47,755 bases of DNA from Candidatus Parcubacteria bacterium (GTDB lineage: Bacteria; Patescibacteriota; Minisyncoccia; UBA9983). Numbering within the stretch: the stretch's first letter is position 1; every line of letters starts with the position of its first letter. This document shows positions 35,254 to 45,507 of this stretch, piece by piece. The DNA is taken from positions 1 to 47,755 of the forward strand of contig QZIU01000017.1 of NCBI GenBank assembly GCA_003599625.1, in the 5' to 3' direction. The position numbers and the translations under genes are program-made. Below the pieces are notes generated by a model. The model worked only from the letters and a program-made list of their open reading frames with translations. It was not told the DNA's origin and did not search any database.

Positions 35254-36429
35254 TTAGTAACTCTTCAATCTTTCCGCTTTCTCATGCTGCCTGATCTTCT
35301 CAAGCGCCTTGGCTTCTATCTGCCTGATTCGTTCTCTGGTCACGCCGAATTCTTTGCCCACTTCCTCAAGAGTGTGCACAATGCCGTCCCCCAAGCCGAA
35401 TCTCATCTGCAAAATTTTCTGTTCCTTCGGGCTGAGATCGTTCAGAATATCCTGGAACTGGTCGGCCAGGATCTTTTGCGCCGTCTGCTGATCGGACGAC
35501 AAGATCTTGTCGTCTCTTATGAAGTCGCCCAAAGTGGATTCTTCGTCATCGCCCACCGGCGCTTCGAAGGAAACCGTGCTTTGGTCTATCTTCTGGATGT
35601 GATGGATTTTGTCCACCTCCATATTCATTTCCGCGGCGATCTCCTCCGGAAGAGGGTCCCTTCCGAGATCCTGGGACAGCCTTCTGAGAACTTGCTTGTA
35701 TTTTGAGATAGTCTCCATCATGTGCACCGGGATCCTGATCGTCCTGGCCTGATCGGCTATCGCCCTTGTGATAGCCTGCCTGATCCACCAGGTGGCGTAA
35801 GTGGAGAATTTGAAACCCTTTCGCCAGTTGAACTTTTCCACCGCTCGGAACAGGCCGAAATTTCCCTCCTGGATAAGATCAAGAATGGAAAGATCCGGAC
35901 TTCGGCCCACATATTTTTTGGCGATGGAAACCACCAGCCTTAAATTGGCTTTTATTAAAATATTTTTCGCCTCTTCATCTCCCTCCTCTATCCTTCGGGC
36001 AAGCTCTCTTTCTTTGGCCGCTTCTATCAAAGGAATTTTACCAATTTCCCTGAGATACATTTGAACGGCATCTATCGATTCCTTATCCAGACCCTGCTCC
36101 AATTTCTTGGCGTCCTGATCCGATTCGATCAGATCCTTGCTCTCGATCACATCTATCCCGGACTCCTGAAAAGTGTCGTAAATATCATCCAGGAGCATCA
36201 CGTCCTCTTCTATCGAGGGGAACTCTTTGAGTATTTCGCTGTAAGTTATGAAGCCGCGACTCTTGCCTTTCTTAAGAAGATGATCTATCTTGATCTTCAC
36301 TTCATCCCCCTTGCTTTTCTTGGGTTGGGCGGGCTTCGCCTTGGCCGACTTTGACGCAGCTTTTTTTTGGATTTTTTTCCCTAAAGCTTTTTTAGTTGTC
36401 TTTTTAGATGATTTGGTTTCTTTTTTCAT
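35254..36429 (-). CDS. rpoD: RNA polymerase primary sigma factor
   Basis: [43 protein letters not shown]; Lys-rich N-terminus; start set at ATG 36429 (track start 36465). Confidence 0.95.
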   Translation of the reverse strand: MKKETKSSKKTTKKALGKKIQKKAASKSAKAKPAQPKKSKGDEVKIKIDHLLKKGKSRGFITYSEILKEFPSIEEDVMLLDDIYDTFQESGIDVIESKDLIESDQDAKKLEQGLDKESIDAVQMYLREIGKIPLIEAAKERELARRIEEGDEEAKNILIKANLRLVVSIAKKYVGRSPDLSILDLIQEGNFGLFRAVEKFNWRKGFKFSTYATWWIRQAITRAIADQARTIRIPVHMMETISKYKQVLRRLSQDLGRDPLPEEIAAEMNMEVDKIHHIQKIDQSTVSFEAPVGDDEESTLGDFIRDDKILSSDQQTAQKILADQFQDILNDLSPKEQKILQMRFGLGDGIVHTLEEVGKEFGVTRERIRQIEAKALEKIRQHEKAERLKSY

Positions 36430-36522
36430 TTTGAGTCCGACTAATGGAAAATATTTGGCAGTCACGCCAGTCCCGATTCCAGCGAGGACTGTCGCGGTCG
36501 GCCAAGTTTTCCGCAGTTTTTG

Positions 36523-38238
36523 CTACTGATATTGATTTAATTTTTTTGTAAGATCATGAAAATCGGATAGATAAGAATCCAATTTGGATTCCCCTCCCTG
36601 ACTTCCGCCTTCGGCGACCAATTCCAGTTCTCTGATTTTTCCGGTTATCTCCTCCAGCCTCATTTTTATTTCCTCCTTTTCCGAGTCTTTTTTAAGTTTT
36701 AATATCTCGTCCTTCAGGGAAGAACACCCTTCAAAGTTAAGCTCCGCTTCCAAGCCAAGACGATCCTTTTCTTCCTGGAGCAGGACGGACAATACCGATT
36801 CCCTTGAAGTTAGAACTTCATCGACCAAGGACTTAATCTCCGCGTCAGAGGAATTTTTTTGCCACAAAGCGAACCCAAGAAGACGGCTGAGCGCGACTTC
36901 GAGCCTCGTTTTTTTTAAAGGTTTTTTATAACCATAATTCTCTTCTTTTCCGCGGGTTTTGTCAAATATAGGGGGCTTTGCCTTCTTTATTTCTTCCCAA
37001 ACTGCTTCCTCGGCCACCCTGAATTTATCGGCGATCTTTTTCGCCCACTGGGCCTTCTCGATCGCGCTGGGCAGAATGGCGATGTAAGGCAGAATCCTGT
37101 TTTCCACATCCTTTCTTTCAACCAATGTTTCCAGATAAAAATCTATGACATTTTTTGCTTCGGTTACCGCTTTTACCCAAGATTCCGGGTCGTCCATAAC
37201 GGCGTCGGCCGGATCCTTTCCCGAAGGGGAAACCGCGGCCTTGACCTGAAATCCTTCCGCCAGGGCCATGTCGATCCCCTTTCCGGAAGCCCTCGCTCCG
37301 GCCTCATCCCGGTCAAAAGCCATCACCAGTTTGTCAGTCAAGCGCTTTATGAGCTTCAGATGTTCGCCCGTCAAGGCCGTCCCGGATACCGCCACGGTGT
37401 TTATAACACCGGCCTGATGAGACATGACGACATCCATTTGCCCTTCCACGATCACGCAAAAATCTTTCCTTCTTATGTCATTCTTGGCTTTATCAAAGCC
37501 GTAAAGAAGTCTGGATTTGTCATAAAGAATCGTTTGAGGAGTGTTGATGTATTTGCCGGAATCAGCCGGCTGGTCGCCGAATATTCTTCCGCTGAAACCT
37601 ACGATCTGCCCCGAAGCGTTCGCTAGAGGAAACATTACGCGGCTCCTGAACCGGTCATGATAATTAGGTTGTAGGCTGTAGCTTGTAGCTTGTAGGTCGG
37701 AAGAAGATTTAATAATCATGCCGGATTTTTCCATTTCCGCCGCGGAGTATCCCCTTCCCTTCAAATGGTCGAACAGATTTCTCCAGCCAGCCGGAGCAAA
37801 ACCGATCTGAAACGCCTTTGCCGTCTCCCCCTTCATTCCTCTCTTTTTAAGATAATCGATGACATCCTGATTTTTCTTCAATTCCGCTTGGAAGAATTTA
37901 GCCGACTCTTCAAGCAAAGAGATCAGCCTTTGCCTCTCGCTTTGTTCGGTTTTGTTTATCTTTTGGATCTCAATGCCTGCCTTGTCGGCCAAAATTTTCA
38001 AAGCTTCGTAGAACTCCACACCCTCTATCTCCATCACAAAGCTGAACATGTCTCCTCCCCTGGAGCAGCCGAAGCAATGCCATGACTCTCTTGTCGGAGA
38101 AACGAAGAAGGACGGCGTTCTTTCGCTGTGAAAAGGGCAGTTGGCTTTGTAGTTCGTTCCCGCCTGCTGGAGTTTTACATAGGTCTGCACTACGTCGACA
38201 ATATGAAGCCTAGATTTTATTTGTTCGACGGTAGACAT
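36523..38238 (-). CDS. dnaG: DNA primase
   Basis: CPFH...CFGC Zn finger, DRFRSR, KYINTP, TOPRIM (VEGQMDV, FDRDEAG, KDP). Confidence 0.96.
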   Translation of the reverse strand: MSTVEQIKSRLHIVDVVQTYVKLQQAGTNYKANCPFHSERTPSFFVSPTRESWHCFGCSRGGDMFSFVMEIEGVEFYEALKILADKAGIEIQKINKTEQSERQRLISLLEESAKFFQAELKKNQDVIDYLKKRGMKGETAKAFQIGFAPAGWRNLFDHLKGRGYSAAEMEKSGMIIKSSSDLQATSYSLQPNYHDRFRSRVMFPLANASGQIVGFSGRIFGDQPADSGKYINTPQTILYDKSRLLYGFDKAKNDIRRKDFCVIVEGQMDVVMSHQAGVINTVAVSGTALTGEHLKLIKRLTDKLVMAFDRDEAGARASGKGIDMALAEGFQVKAAVSPSGKDPADAVMDDPESWVKAVTEAKNVIDFYLETLVERKDVENRILPYIAILPSAIEKAQWAKKIADKFRVAEEAVWEEIKKAKPPIFDKTRGKEENYGYKKPLKKTRLEVALSRLLGFALWQKNSSDAEIKSLVDEVLTSRESVLSVLLQEEKDRLGLEAELNFEGCSSLKDEILKLKKDSEKEEIKMRLEEITGKIRELELVAEGGSQGGESKLDSYLSDFHDLTKKLNQYQ

Positions 38239-38242
38239 AAGC

Positions 38243-38352
38243 TAATTATCAATTTTCAATAACCAATTTTCAATGAATTTTCAAATTTTTCAATTGAAAA
38301 TTTAAATTATTGAACATTGATTGAAAATTGTAAAATTGAAAAATTGAAAATT
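38243..38352. repeat. Heptamer-periodic inverted array (AATTTTC type), copy 2
   Basis: Homologous to 35101-35202; fills the rpoC-dnaG spacer. Confidence 0.85.
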
Positions 38353-41300
38353 CTACTCCCCCTTACTTTCAGATTCAATGACTTCCTCTTCTTTCACATA
38401 CTCTCTCCTGAATCCCGTCCCTGCCGGGATCAGCCTTCCGACAATAACGTTCTCTTTCAATCCTCTGAGCTTGTCTTCTCCTCCCACTACGGCTGTCTTG
38501 ATCAAAACGCGGGCCGTATCCTGGAATGAAGCCGCCGACAAGAAGCTGGCGGTGGACAAAGCCACTTTGGCTATAGGCATGACTATTTGTTCGACGGTGG
38601 CCGAAGGCTTGCCGTCTTGCTCGGCTTTTTCGTTGGCTTCGGTTATTTTGCGAGCGTCCGCCAATTCTCCCAAATTAAGATCCGTCTCGCCGACATCAAG
38701 AACTTTGAACCTCGAGAACATCTGTCGGATGATGACTTCGATATGCTTTTCGTTGATCGTGGCGCCTTGCATGGCATAAACCTTGTCCACTTCCTTGAGA
38801 ATGTACTCCTGGGTTTTATCCTTTCCCGCTATGGCGAAATATTCTTTGATATTCAGGGAACCGTCCGTCAGGACATCGCCTTGTTTTATCTTGTCTCCTT
38901 TTTTGACGGTAATAAATCTGGCAAAAGGAATGTAGAATTTTTTCGATTCCTCCTTGCCTTTGGCCGTTTCCCTCTCGATCAGAACGGTAATAACCTTATC
39001 GGCGGTTTTCGCCTCAGGCCCCTCGGTCACGCTTTCGATGTCTATGATCTCTCCGTCAACATCGCAAACGACAGCCGGATTCTTCGGATTTCTGAGCTCG
39101 AAAATTTCTTCGATACGAGGAAGACCCATGGTGATGTCTCCTCCGACCGCGATACCTCCTTTGTGGAAAGTCTTCATGGTCAGCTGAGTGCCCGGCTCTC
39201 CCACAGCCTGCGCCGCGACGATACCGACAGCTTCGCCGATGTTTATTTCTTTGTTGGTTCCAAGATCGTAACCGTAACATTTCTTGCAGATGCCTCTTTT
39301 GGCCTGGCAGGTTATCGGGGAGAAGATCTTGACCTCCTCGATCTCCGGATCGGCTTCAAGGCGCTTGGCGTCCGTGACGCTCAAAAGATGACCTTTCTTG
39401 AGAGTCCCGGCGGATGAGACAAGCGTCCTGCCGAAGATCCTGGCGGAAAATTTCTTTCCGTAACTTTCCACCCTTTTTCTCGATATCGTTATGCCCTCTT
39501 TCTCTCCGCAGTCTTCTTCGCCGATGACCACGTCGTGAGAGACATCTATAAGCCTTCTTGTCAAGTAGCCGGCTTTCGAGGTCTTGAGCGCCGTGTCAGC
39601 TTCTCCTTTTCTCGCTCCGTGAGTGGTAATGAAATATTCCAAGATTCCCAGCCCTTCTTTGTAGCTTGATCTGACGGGAAAATCGATGATCTTGCCAGCC
39701 GGGTTCACCATCAGACCCTTCATGCCCGTCATCTGGGCCAACTGACTAAGCGTGCCTCGGGCGGCCGACGAGATCATGGCGTAGATCGGACCCATCTTGT
39801 CTATGGCGCCGGGCACCAATTCTTCGATCTTATTTTTCGCTCCCTGCCAAATTTCTATGACTTTGTTATACCTTTCCGAGTCGGTCAGCAAGCCTTCCTG
39901 GTATTGATTCTTGATCTCGTTGGCTTCTTTCTCGGCTTGCGCCAGGATCTCTCCTTTCTTGACCGGAATCCTCACGTCTTGATAACCCCAGCTGATGCCT
40001 GAAGCGGTGGCGTATTTGAATCCGAACTCCTTGATCTTGTCAAGAATATCGGGAGTGGCGTCAATGCCGTATTTTTCTATAAGCTGCGCGACGAGCTTTG
40101 AAAGAGCTTTCTTGCCCAGCTCTTCGTTGATATACGGGAAATCTTCCGGAAGTATGCCGTTGAAGAGCAGTCTTCCGACAGTCGTCTCCAAAAATCCTCC
40201 CTCGCCTTTGTATTTCGTCGCTTCGTTCGATTGAATTTTAATTTTAGCTCTTATGTCCGTCTTGCCGAAATCGTTAGCAAGGATCGCGTCGGCCGGATCG
40301 GAGTAATAATTTCCTTCTCCTTGGGCGCCTTCCTTGACGCCGGTGAGCCAATAACAACCCAAAACCATGTCCTGGGAAGGATCCACCACCGGATCTCCGC
40401 TTCCCGGCTTAAGCAAATTTTTGACGGATGCTATGATGTCCCGCGCTTCGGCCTGAGCCTCCTCGCCAAGAGGAACGTGAACGGCCATCTGATCCCCGTC
40501 GAAGTCGGCATTGAAAGCGTGACAAACCATCGGATGCAGCTGGATGGCGTTTCCTTCTATAAGCACCGGCTGGAAGGCCTGGATGCTCAATCTGTGCAAA
40601 GACGGCGCCCTGTTGAGAAGCACTCTTTTGTCTTTGATGATCTCTTCCAAAATGGCCCAGACTTCGGGAATTTTCTCGTCGATCAATTTGCCGGCTCCTC
40701 TGATGTTGTAAGCGATCTCTCGTTTGATAAGTTCGGCGATCACAAATGGCCTGAAAAGTTCCAGCGCCATGTGCTTCGGCAACCCGCACTGGCTCATCTT
40801 GAGATCCGGGCCGACAACGATAACGGACCTTCCCGAATAGTCGACTCTTTTGCCGAGCAAGTTTTGCCTGAACCTTCCGGGCTTGCCTTTCAGCATTTCA
40901 GCCAGTGACTTAAGCGGTCTTCGCTGGCCTTGAGCCATGGCCAAGTTCTGTCCTTTTCTCATGGTGTTGTCTATCAAAGCGTCAACGGCTTCCTGCAAAA
41001 TTCTTTTTTCGTTTCGGCAAATAACCTCCGGCGCTTTTATTTCCACCAGTTTTTTAAGCCTGTTGTTTCTGTTGATGACCCTCCGGTAAAGGTCGTTCAG
41101 GTCGGAAGTGGCGTGCCTTCCTCCGTCGAGAGCCACCATCGGCCTTAAGGACGGCGGGATGACGGGCAGCGTGGTCAAAAACATCCATTCCGGCCTGATA
41201 GCGGCGCTCTTCATCGATTTCAAAAGGTTGATCCTGGCGACATACTTGAGTTTGTCCTGGCCGGTTGCCGCCTGGAGTTGAGGTTCGAGTTTTTTCCGGA

Positions 41301-41985
41301 AATCATCCAGATCGATGGATCTAAAAATATTATAAATAGCTTCCGCGCCTGTCTCAGCTTCGAAAATTTCGCCGTACTTCATGCTCAAATTGTAGTACTC
41401 CAGCTCGGTGAGCACCCTGTACAAAACCAGCGAGTCCAGCTCCGACTTGGCCTTGAGCATGGAACTTTTGAGAGCGTCTTTTTCTTCTTTTGTCTGGACA
41501 TCCTTAAGCTTCCCCTTGTATTCGACGTCCAGGGCTTTATAAGCGGCCGCTTTTTCCCCGTCTATCACTTTGGTGATTATATACCCGGCGAAATAGATGA
41601 CCTTATCCAAGTCGGTTGACTTTATATCCAAAAGCATCCCTATCCTTGACGGCGCTCCCTTGAGGAACCAGATGTGCGAAACTGGCGCTGCCAGAGCGAT
41701 ATGGCCCATCCTTTCCCTTCGGACGATGGAATTCGTCACTTCGACGCCGCACTTCTCGCAAACGATGCCTTTATATCTGATCCTTTTGTATTTGCCGCAG
41801 TAACACTCGAAATCTTTTTCCGGCCCGAATATCCTCTCGCAAAAGAGACCGTTACGCTCCGGTCTTTGGGTTCGGTAGTTGATAGTTTCCGGCTTCGTCA
41901 CTTCTCCGTGAGACCAGGACAATATCCTCTCGGGAGAAGCGAGCTTGAGAACTATCGACTCAAAATCTGTTACTTTTGTATCCAT
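38353..41985 (-). CDS. rpoC: RNA polymerase beta' subunit
   Basis: NADFDGD catalytic motif, N-terminal Zn finger, GEPGTQLT, GLKENV. Confidence 0.98.
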   Translation of the reverse strand: MDTKVTDFESIVLKLASPERILSWSHGEVTKPETINYRTQRPERNGLFCERIFGPEKDFECYCGKYKRIRYKGIVCEKCGVEVTNSIVRRERMGHIALAAPVSHIWFLKGAPSRIGMLLDIKSTDLDKVIYFAGYIITKVIDGEKAAAYKALDVEYKGKLKDVQTKEEKDALKSSMLKAKSELDSLVLYRVLTELEYYNLSMKYGEIFEAETGAEAIYNIFRSIDLDDFRKKLEPQLQAATGQDKLKYVARINLLKSMKSAAIRPEWMFLTTLPVIPPSLRPMVALDGGRHATSDLNDLYRRVINRNNRLKKLVEIKAPEVICRNEKRILQEAVDALIDNTMRKGQNLAMAQGQRRPLKSLAEMLKGKPGRFRQNLLGKRVDYSGRSVIVVGPDLKMSQCGLPKHMALELFRPFVIAELIKREIAYNIRGAGKLIDEKIPEVWAILEEIIKDKRVLLNRAPSLHRLSIQAFQPVLIEGNAIQLHPMVCHAFNADFDGDQMAVHVPLGEEAQAEARDIIASVKNLLKPGSGDPVVDPSQDMVLGCYWLTGVKEGAQGEGNYYSDPADAILANDFGKTDIRAKIKIQSNEATKYKGEGGFLETTVGRLLFNGILPEDFPYINEELGKKALSKLVAQLIEKYGIDATPDILDKIKEFGFKYATASGISWGYQDVRIPVKKGEILAQAEKEANEIKNQYQEGLLTDSERYNKVIEIWQGAKNKIEELVPGAIDKMGPIYAMISSAARGTLSQLAQMTGMKGLMVNPAGKIIDFPVRSSYKEGLGILEYFITTHGARKGEADTALKTSKAGYLTRRLIDVSHDVVIGEEDCGEKEGITISRKRVESYGKKFSARIFGRTLVSSAGTLKKGHLLSVTDAKRLEADPEIEEVKIFSPITCQAKRGICKKCYGYDLGTNKEINIGEAVGIVAAQAVGEPGTQLTMKTFHKGGIAVGGDITMGLPRIEEIFELRNPKNPAVVCDVDGEIIDIESVTEGPEAKTADKVITVLIERETAKGKEESKKFYIPFARFITVKKGDKIKQGDVLTDGSLNIKEYFAIAGKDKTQEYILKEVDKVYAMQGATINEKHIEVIIRQMFSRFKVLDVGETDLNLGELADARKITEANEKAEQDGKPSATVEQIVMPIAKVALSTASFLSAASFQDTARVLIKTAVVGGEDKLRGLKENVIVGRLIPAGTGFRREYVKEEEVIESESKGE

Positions 41986-42013
41986 AAGTTAAGGTTGTAG
42001 GTTTTTTTAATTT

Positions 42014-45000
42014 TTAAGCTTTTCCCTTCTCCTTCATTCCCTTAAGGTCTATATCCAGCGCCAGGCCTCTTAATTCGCTGATCAACACATGGAACGAGGC
42101 CGGCAAATGAGGACTCTTGAACTTCTCTCCCCTGATGATGGAATTGTAAGCCGCCGCCCTTCCCACGATGTCGTCCGATTTTATCGTAAGCATTTCCTGC
42201 AGCGTGTGCGCCGCGCCATAACCTTCGAGGGCCCAGACTTCCATTTCTCCGAATCTCTGCCCTCCGCCTTGCGCCTTGCCGCCAAGAGGCTGCTGGGTGA
42301 TAAGGGAATAAGGACCGATCGATCTCATATGAATCTTGTCCTCGACCATGTGATCAAGCTTCATCATGTAAATTTGTCCGACCGTGACCTTCTGATCGAA
42401 TGATTCTCCGGTTCGTCCGTCGTGCAGCTTCACTTTGCCGTCTTCCGATATGCCGGCTTTCTTCAATTCTTCTTTGATCTCCTCTTCCGTGGCTCCGTGG
42501 AATCCCGGGGTTACCGCGTGATAACCGAGCTTCTCCGCGGCCCATCCGAGATGCGTCTCCAGAAGCTGTCCGATGTTCATACGGGAAGCGATGCCAAGCG
42601 GGTTAAGAATGATGTCCACCGGCGTTCCATCCTCTAGATACGGCATATCTTCCACAGGCAAGATCTTGGAAATGACACCTTTGTTTCCGTGCCTTCCGGC
42701 CAATTTATCCCCGACGGAAATCTTTCTGAGTTTGGCTATTTCGACGTAAACTTGTTTGATTATTCCAGGCTCGAGTTTATCTCCCAGATCTCTCGAGAAA
42801 ATTTTGATGCCGATCACTCTTCCCTGCTTGCCGTGATCAAGCCTCAGGGAACTGTCTTTAACGTCTCTGGCTCTTTCGCCGAAGATCGATCGAAGCAATC
42901 TTTCCTCCGGTGTCAACTCCACCTCTCCTTTTGGAGAAATTTTTCCCACCAGGATATCGTCGGCTCTCACTTCCGCTCCGATTCGCACAATACCGTCTTC
43001 ATCAAGATCCTTCAATTTTTCTTCGCCGACATTCGGGATATCGTATGTGGTTATTTCCGGTCCAAGCTTTGTGTCTCTGATGTTTATGGAAAATTCCTCG
43101 ACATGCACAGAGGTAAATTTGTCATCCCGCACCAATTTTTCCGAGATGATTATGGCATCTTCGAAGTTGGCTCCTTTCCAGGAAAGAAAGGCCACCAAAA
43201 CATTTTGACCCAAGGCCATTCTTCCGGCCTCGCTGGAATAATTATCCGCCAAAACATCGCCTTTCTTGATGTTGTCGCCAACATTGACCGATGGCCTGTG
43301 ATGAATGGCCGTCAGGGCGTTTGACCTCAAAAATGTCGCCAGGTTGTATGTTCTCTTTTTCTTCGCGTCCTCCTTAATGATTATTTTGTTGGCATCCGCG
43401 TACTCTACGACACCGTCATTCTCCGCGAGTATCATCCTGCCTACATCTCTGGCGGCGCGCGCTTCCATGCCGGTTCCCACCAAAGGAGCTTCCGGCTTGA
43501 TGCAGGGCACTCCCTGCTTTTGCATGTTCGAACCCATCAAGGCTCTGGTCGCGTCGTCGTGGTCAAGGAACGGAATCATGCTGGTGGCCACGCTGTAAGC
43601 CTGGTTGGCCGACATGTCCATGAAATGAACATCCTGTTTGGCCACCAAACCCGGTTGCGACATGACCCTGGCTTCCACTTCTTCGTCCAAAAGTTCTCCC
43701 GTCTTGAGGTCTATTTTAACCTCGGCATGCGCGATGTTATACCTGGACTCATCCAGGGCGTTGAGATAAGCGATTTCGTCGGTAACTTTGCCGTCCTTTA
43801 CTTTTCTGTATGGGGTCTCAAGAATGCCGAATTCGTTGAGTCTGGCGTGAATGGCCAGATGCACGACCAAACCGATGTTCGGACCTTCCGGGGTCTGAAT
43901 GGGACAAATTCTTCCGTAATGGGAAGGGTGCACGTCTCTAACCTCGAAGCCGGCTCTTTCCCTGGTCAAGCCGCCCGGCCCGAGAGCGGAAAGCCTTCTC
44001 AGGTGCTCCATTTCGTCCAAAGTGTTCTTCTGGCTCATGAACTGCGAAAGCTGGTTTGTCGTAAAGAAATCCCGCACAGCCGTCATGAACGGCCTGCTGT
44101 TGACGATAAGAGCGGGTACCAATGTCGCGGGGTCGGCCGTAGACATCCTGTCCTGGATGTTTCGCTTCATCTTGGCCATGTTGGCTCTCAATTTCTGCTG
44201 CAAAAGTTCTCCCACGCCCCTTATTCTTCTGTTGCCGAGATGATCGATGTCATCGGGCTGCGCCAAGGGATTATTGTTGAGTTCTATTACCTTGGTAATA
44301 ATGCCGATAAGATCGTCGAGCTTGATGACTCGCGGTTCGGACCTGATCTTGTCCACCGGCTTGCCCAATCGGCTGTTTAATTTATATCGGCCGATGAGAG
44401 ACAGGTCGTATCGCTCCGCTTCGAAAATGCCGTCGATGTAATTTTTGCTGTTCTCAAAACCAAGCATGTCGATAGGCTCGCCCGGTCTGAGTCTTTTGTA
44501 CAATTCCATGTAAGACTCCTGCAAAGTTTTGGCCGAATCCTTCTCAAGCGTTTTCTTGATGAAAGGAACCTGCCCTTTGTCCACGTCGCTGAAAGCGGCT
44601 TGAATATCTTCATTGCTCTTCAGACCGAAGATCCTTAAAATTGACGAGACGGGGATCTTTCTTTTATTGTCGATCCTGGCGTAAATGACTCCGTCCGCTT
44701 CGGTTTCTATTTCCATCCAGATGCCTCTCGAAGGAATGATCTTCGAACCGAAGAATTTCTTGCCCTTTATCAGATTGGCGTTGAATTGAACTCCGAACGA
44801 TCTGGCCAGCTGCGGGACAACCACTCTTTCCACTCCATTTATGATAAAGGTTCCGCGGGTCGTCATTACCGGAAAGTCGGCAAAGAAGATCTCCTGCTCT
44901 TTTGCCTGACCGAGTTCTTTGTTAGTCAACTTGAGTCTCACCTTAAGGGGAGCTTCGAGCGTGAGATTCTTGGCTCTCGCCATGAACTCGTCGCTCTTCG

Positions 45001-45193
45001 ACTCTTCCAAAGTGTACCCTAGAAATTCCAGGGTAAACTTTTTCTGAGAGTAATCGTTTATCGGAGAAAATTCCTGAAACAATTCCTGAAGGCCTTCGGT
45101 TATAAGCCATTGGAAAGAGTCAGTGTGCATCTTCACCAGGTTGGGAAGCTGAGAGGCCGGTTCTTTAAGTTTAGCGAAAGATTTTATATTCAT
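42014..45193 (-). CDS. rpoB: RNA polymerase beta subunit
   Basis: INGVERVVV, TPEGPNIG, GDKLAGRHGNKG, GQRFGEME. Confidence 0.98.
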   Translation of the reverse strand: MNIKSFAKLKEPASQLPNLVKMHTDSFQWLITEGLQELFQEFSPINDYSQKKFTLEFLGYTLEESKSDEFMARAKNLTLEAPLKVRLKLTNKELGQAKEQEIFFADFPVMTTRGTFIINGVERVVVPQLARSFGVQFNANLIKGKKFFGSKIIPSRGIWMEIETEADGVIYARIDNKRKIPVSSILRIFGLKSNEDIQAAFSDVDKGQVPFIKKTLEKDSAKTLQESYMELYKRLRPGEPIDMLGFENSKNYIDGIFEAERYDLSLIGRYKLNSRLGKPVDKIRSEPRVIKLDDLIGIITKVIELNNNPLAQPDDIDHLGNRRIRGVGELLQQKLRANMAKMKRNIQDRMSTADPATLVPALIVNSRPFMTAVRDFFTTNQLSQFMSQKNTLDEMEHLRRLSALGPGGLTRERAGFEVRDVHPSHYGRICPIQTPEGPNIGLVVHLAIHARLNEFGILETPYRKVKDGKVTDEIAYLNALDESRYNIAHAEVKIDLKTGELLDEEVEARVMSQPGLVAKQDVHFMDMSANQAYSVATSMIPFLDHDDATRALMGSNMQKQGVPCIKPEAPLVGTGMEARAARDVGRMILAENDGVVEYADANKIIIKEDAKKKRTYNLATFLRSNALTAIHHRPSVNVGDNIKKGDVLADNYSSEAGRMALGQNVLVAFLSWKGANFEDAIIISEKLVRDDKFTSVHVEEFSINIRDTKLGPEITTYDIPNVGEEKLKDLDEDGIVRIGAEVRADDILVGKISPKGEVELTPEERLLRSIFGERARDVKDSSLRLDHGKQGRVIGIKIFSRDLGDKLEPGIIKQVYVEIAKLRKISVGDKLAGRHGNKGVISKILPVEDMPYLEDGTPVDIILNPLGIASRMNIGQLLETHLGWAAEKLGYHAVTPGFHGATEEEIKEELKKAGISEDGKVKLHDGRTGESFDQKVTVGQIYMMKLDHMVEDKIHMRSIGPYSLITQQPLGGKAQGGGQRFGEMEVWALEGYGAAHTLQEMLTIKSDDIVGRAAAYNSIIRGEKFKSPHLPASFHVLISELRGLALDIDLKGMKEKGKA

Positions 45194-45440
45194 TATTTTT
45201 TAATTATTAATAAATTAGAACGACCGTTTAAATTTTAAAAAACAAAAAATCAAAAAACCCCGGTTTTCAAAAAGGGCTTCGAATTTAAAAATTTAATTTA
45301 ACAATTTCACCACGTAAATAATAAAACCCTACCATTAATAAGGATTTTTATGAAATTTTATGCAATTAGGTCTATTGTAATGATAATTTAACGGCTGTCA
45401 AATGGGTTTCGCCAGATCCATAAAAACCGGATTGCCAGAT

Positions 45441-45476
45441 AGCAAAATCTCTCCGCCTGGGCGGAGAGATTTTGCT
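45441..45476 (-). terminator. Terminator-like hairpin with TCCGCC-N3-GGCGGA core
   Basis: AGCAAAATCTCTCCGCC-TG-GGCGGAGAGATTTTGCT after the stop of the 45508 ORF. Confidence 0.65.
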
Positions 45477-45507
45477 TGCTATTTGCCTTTTGCTTAAGCT
45501 AACCAAT

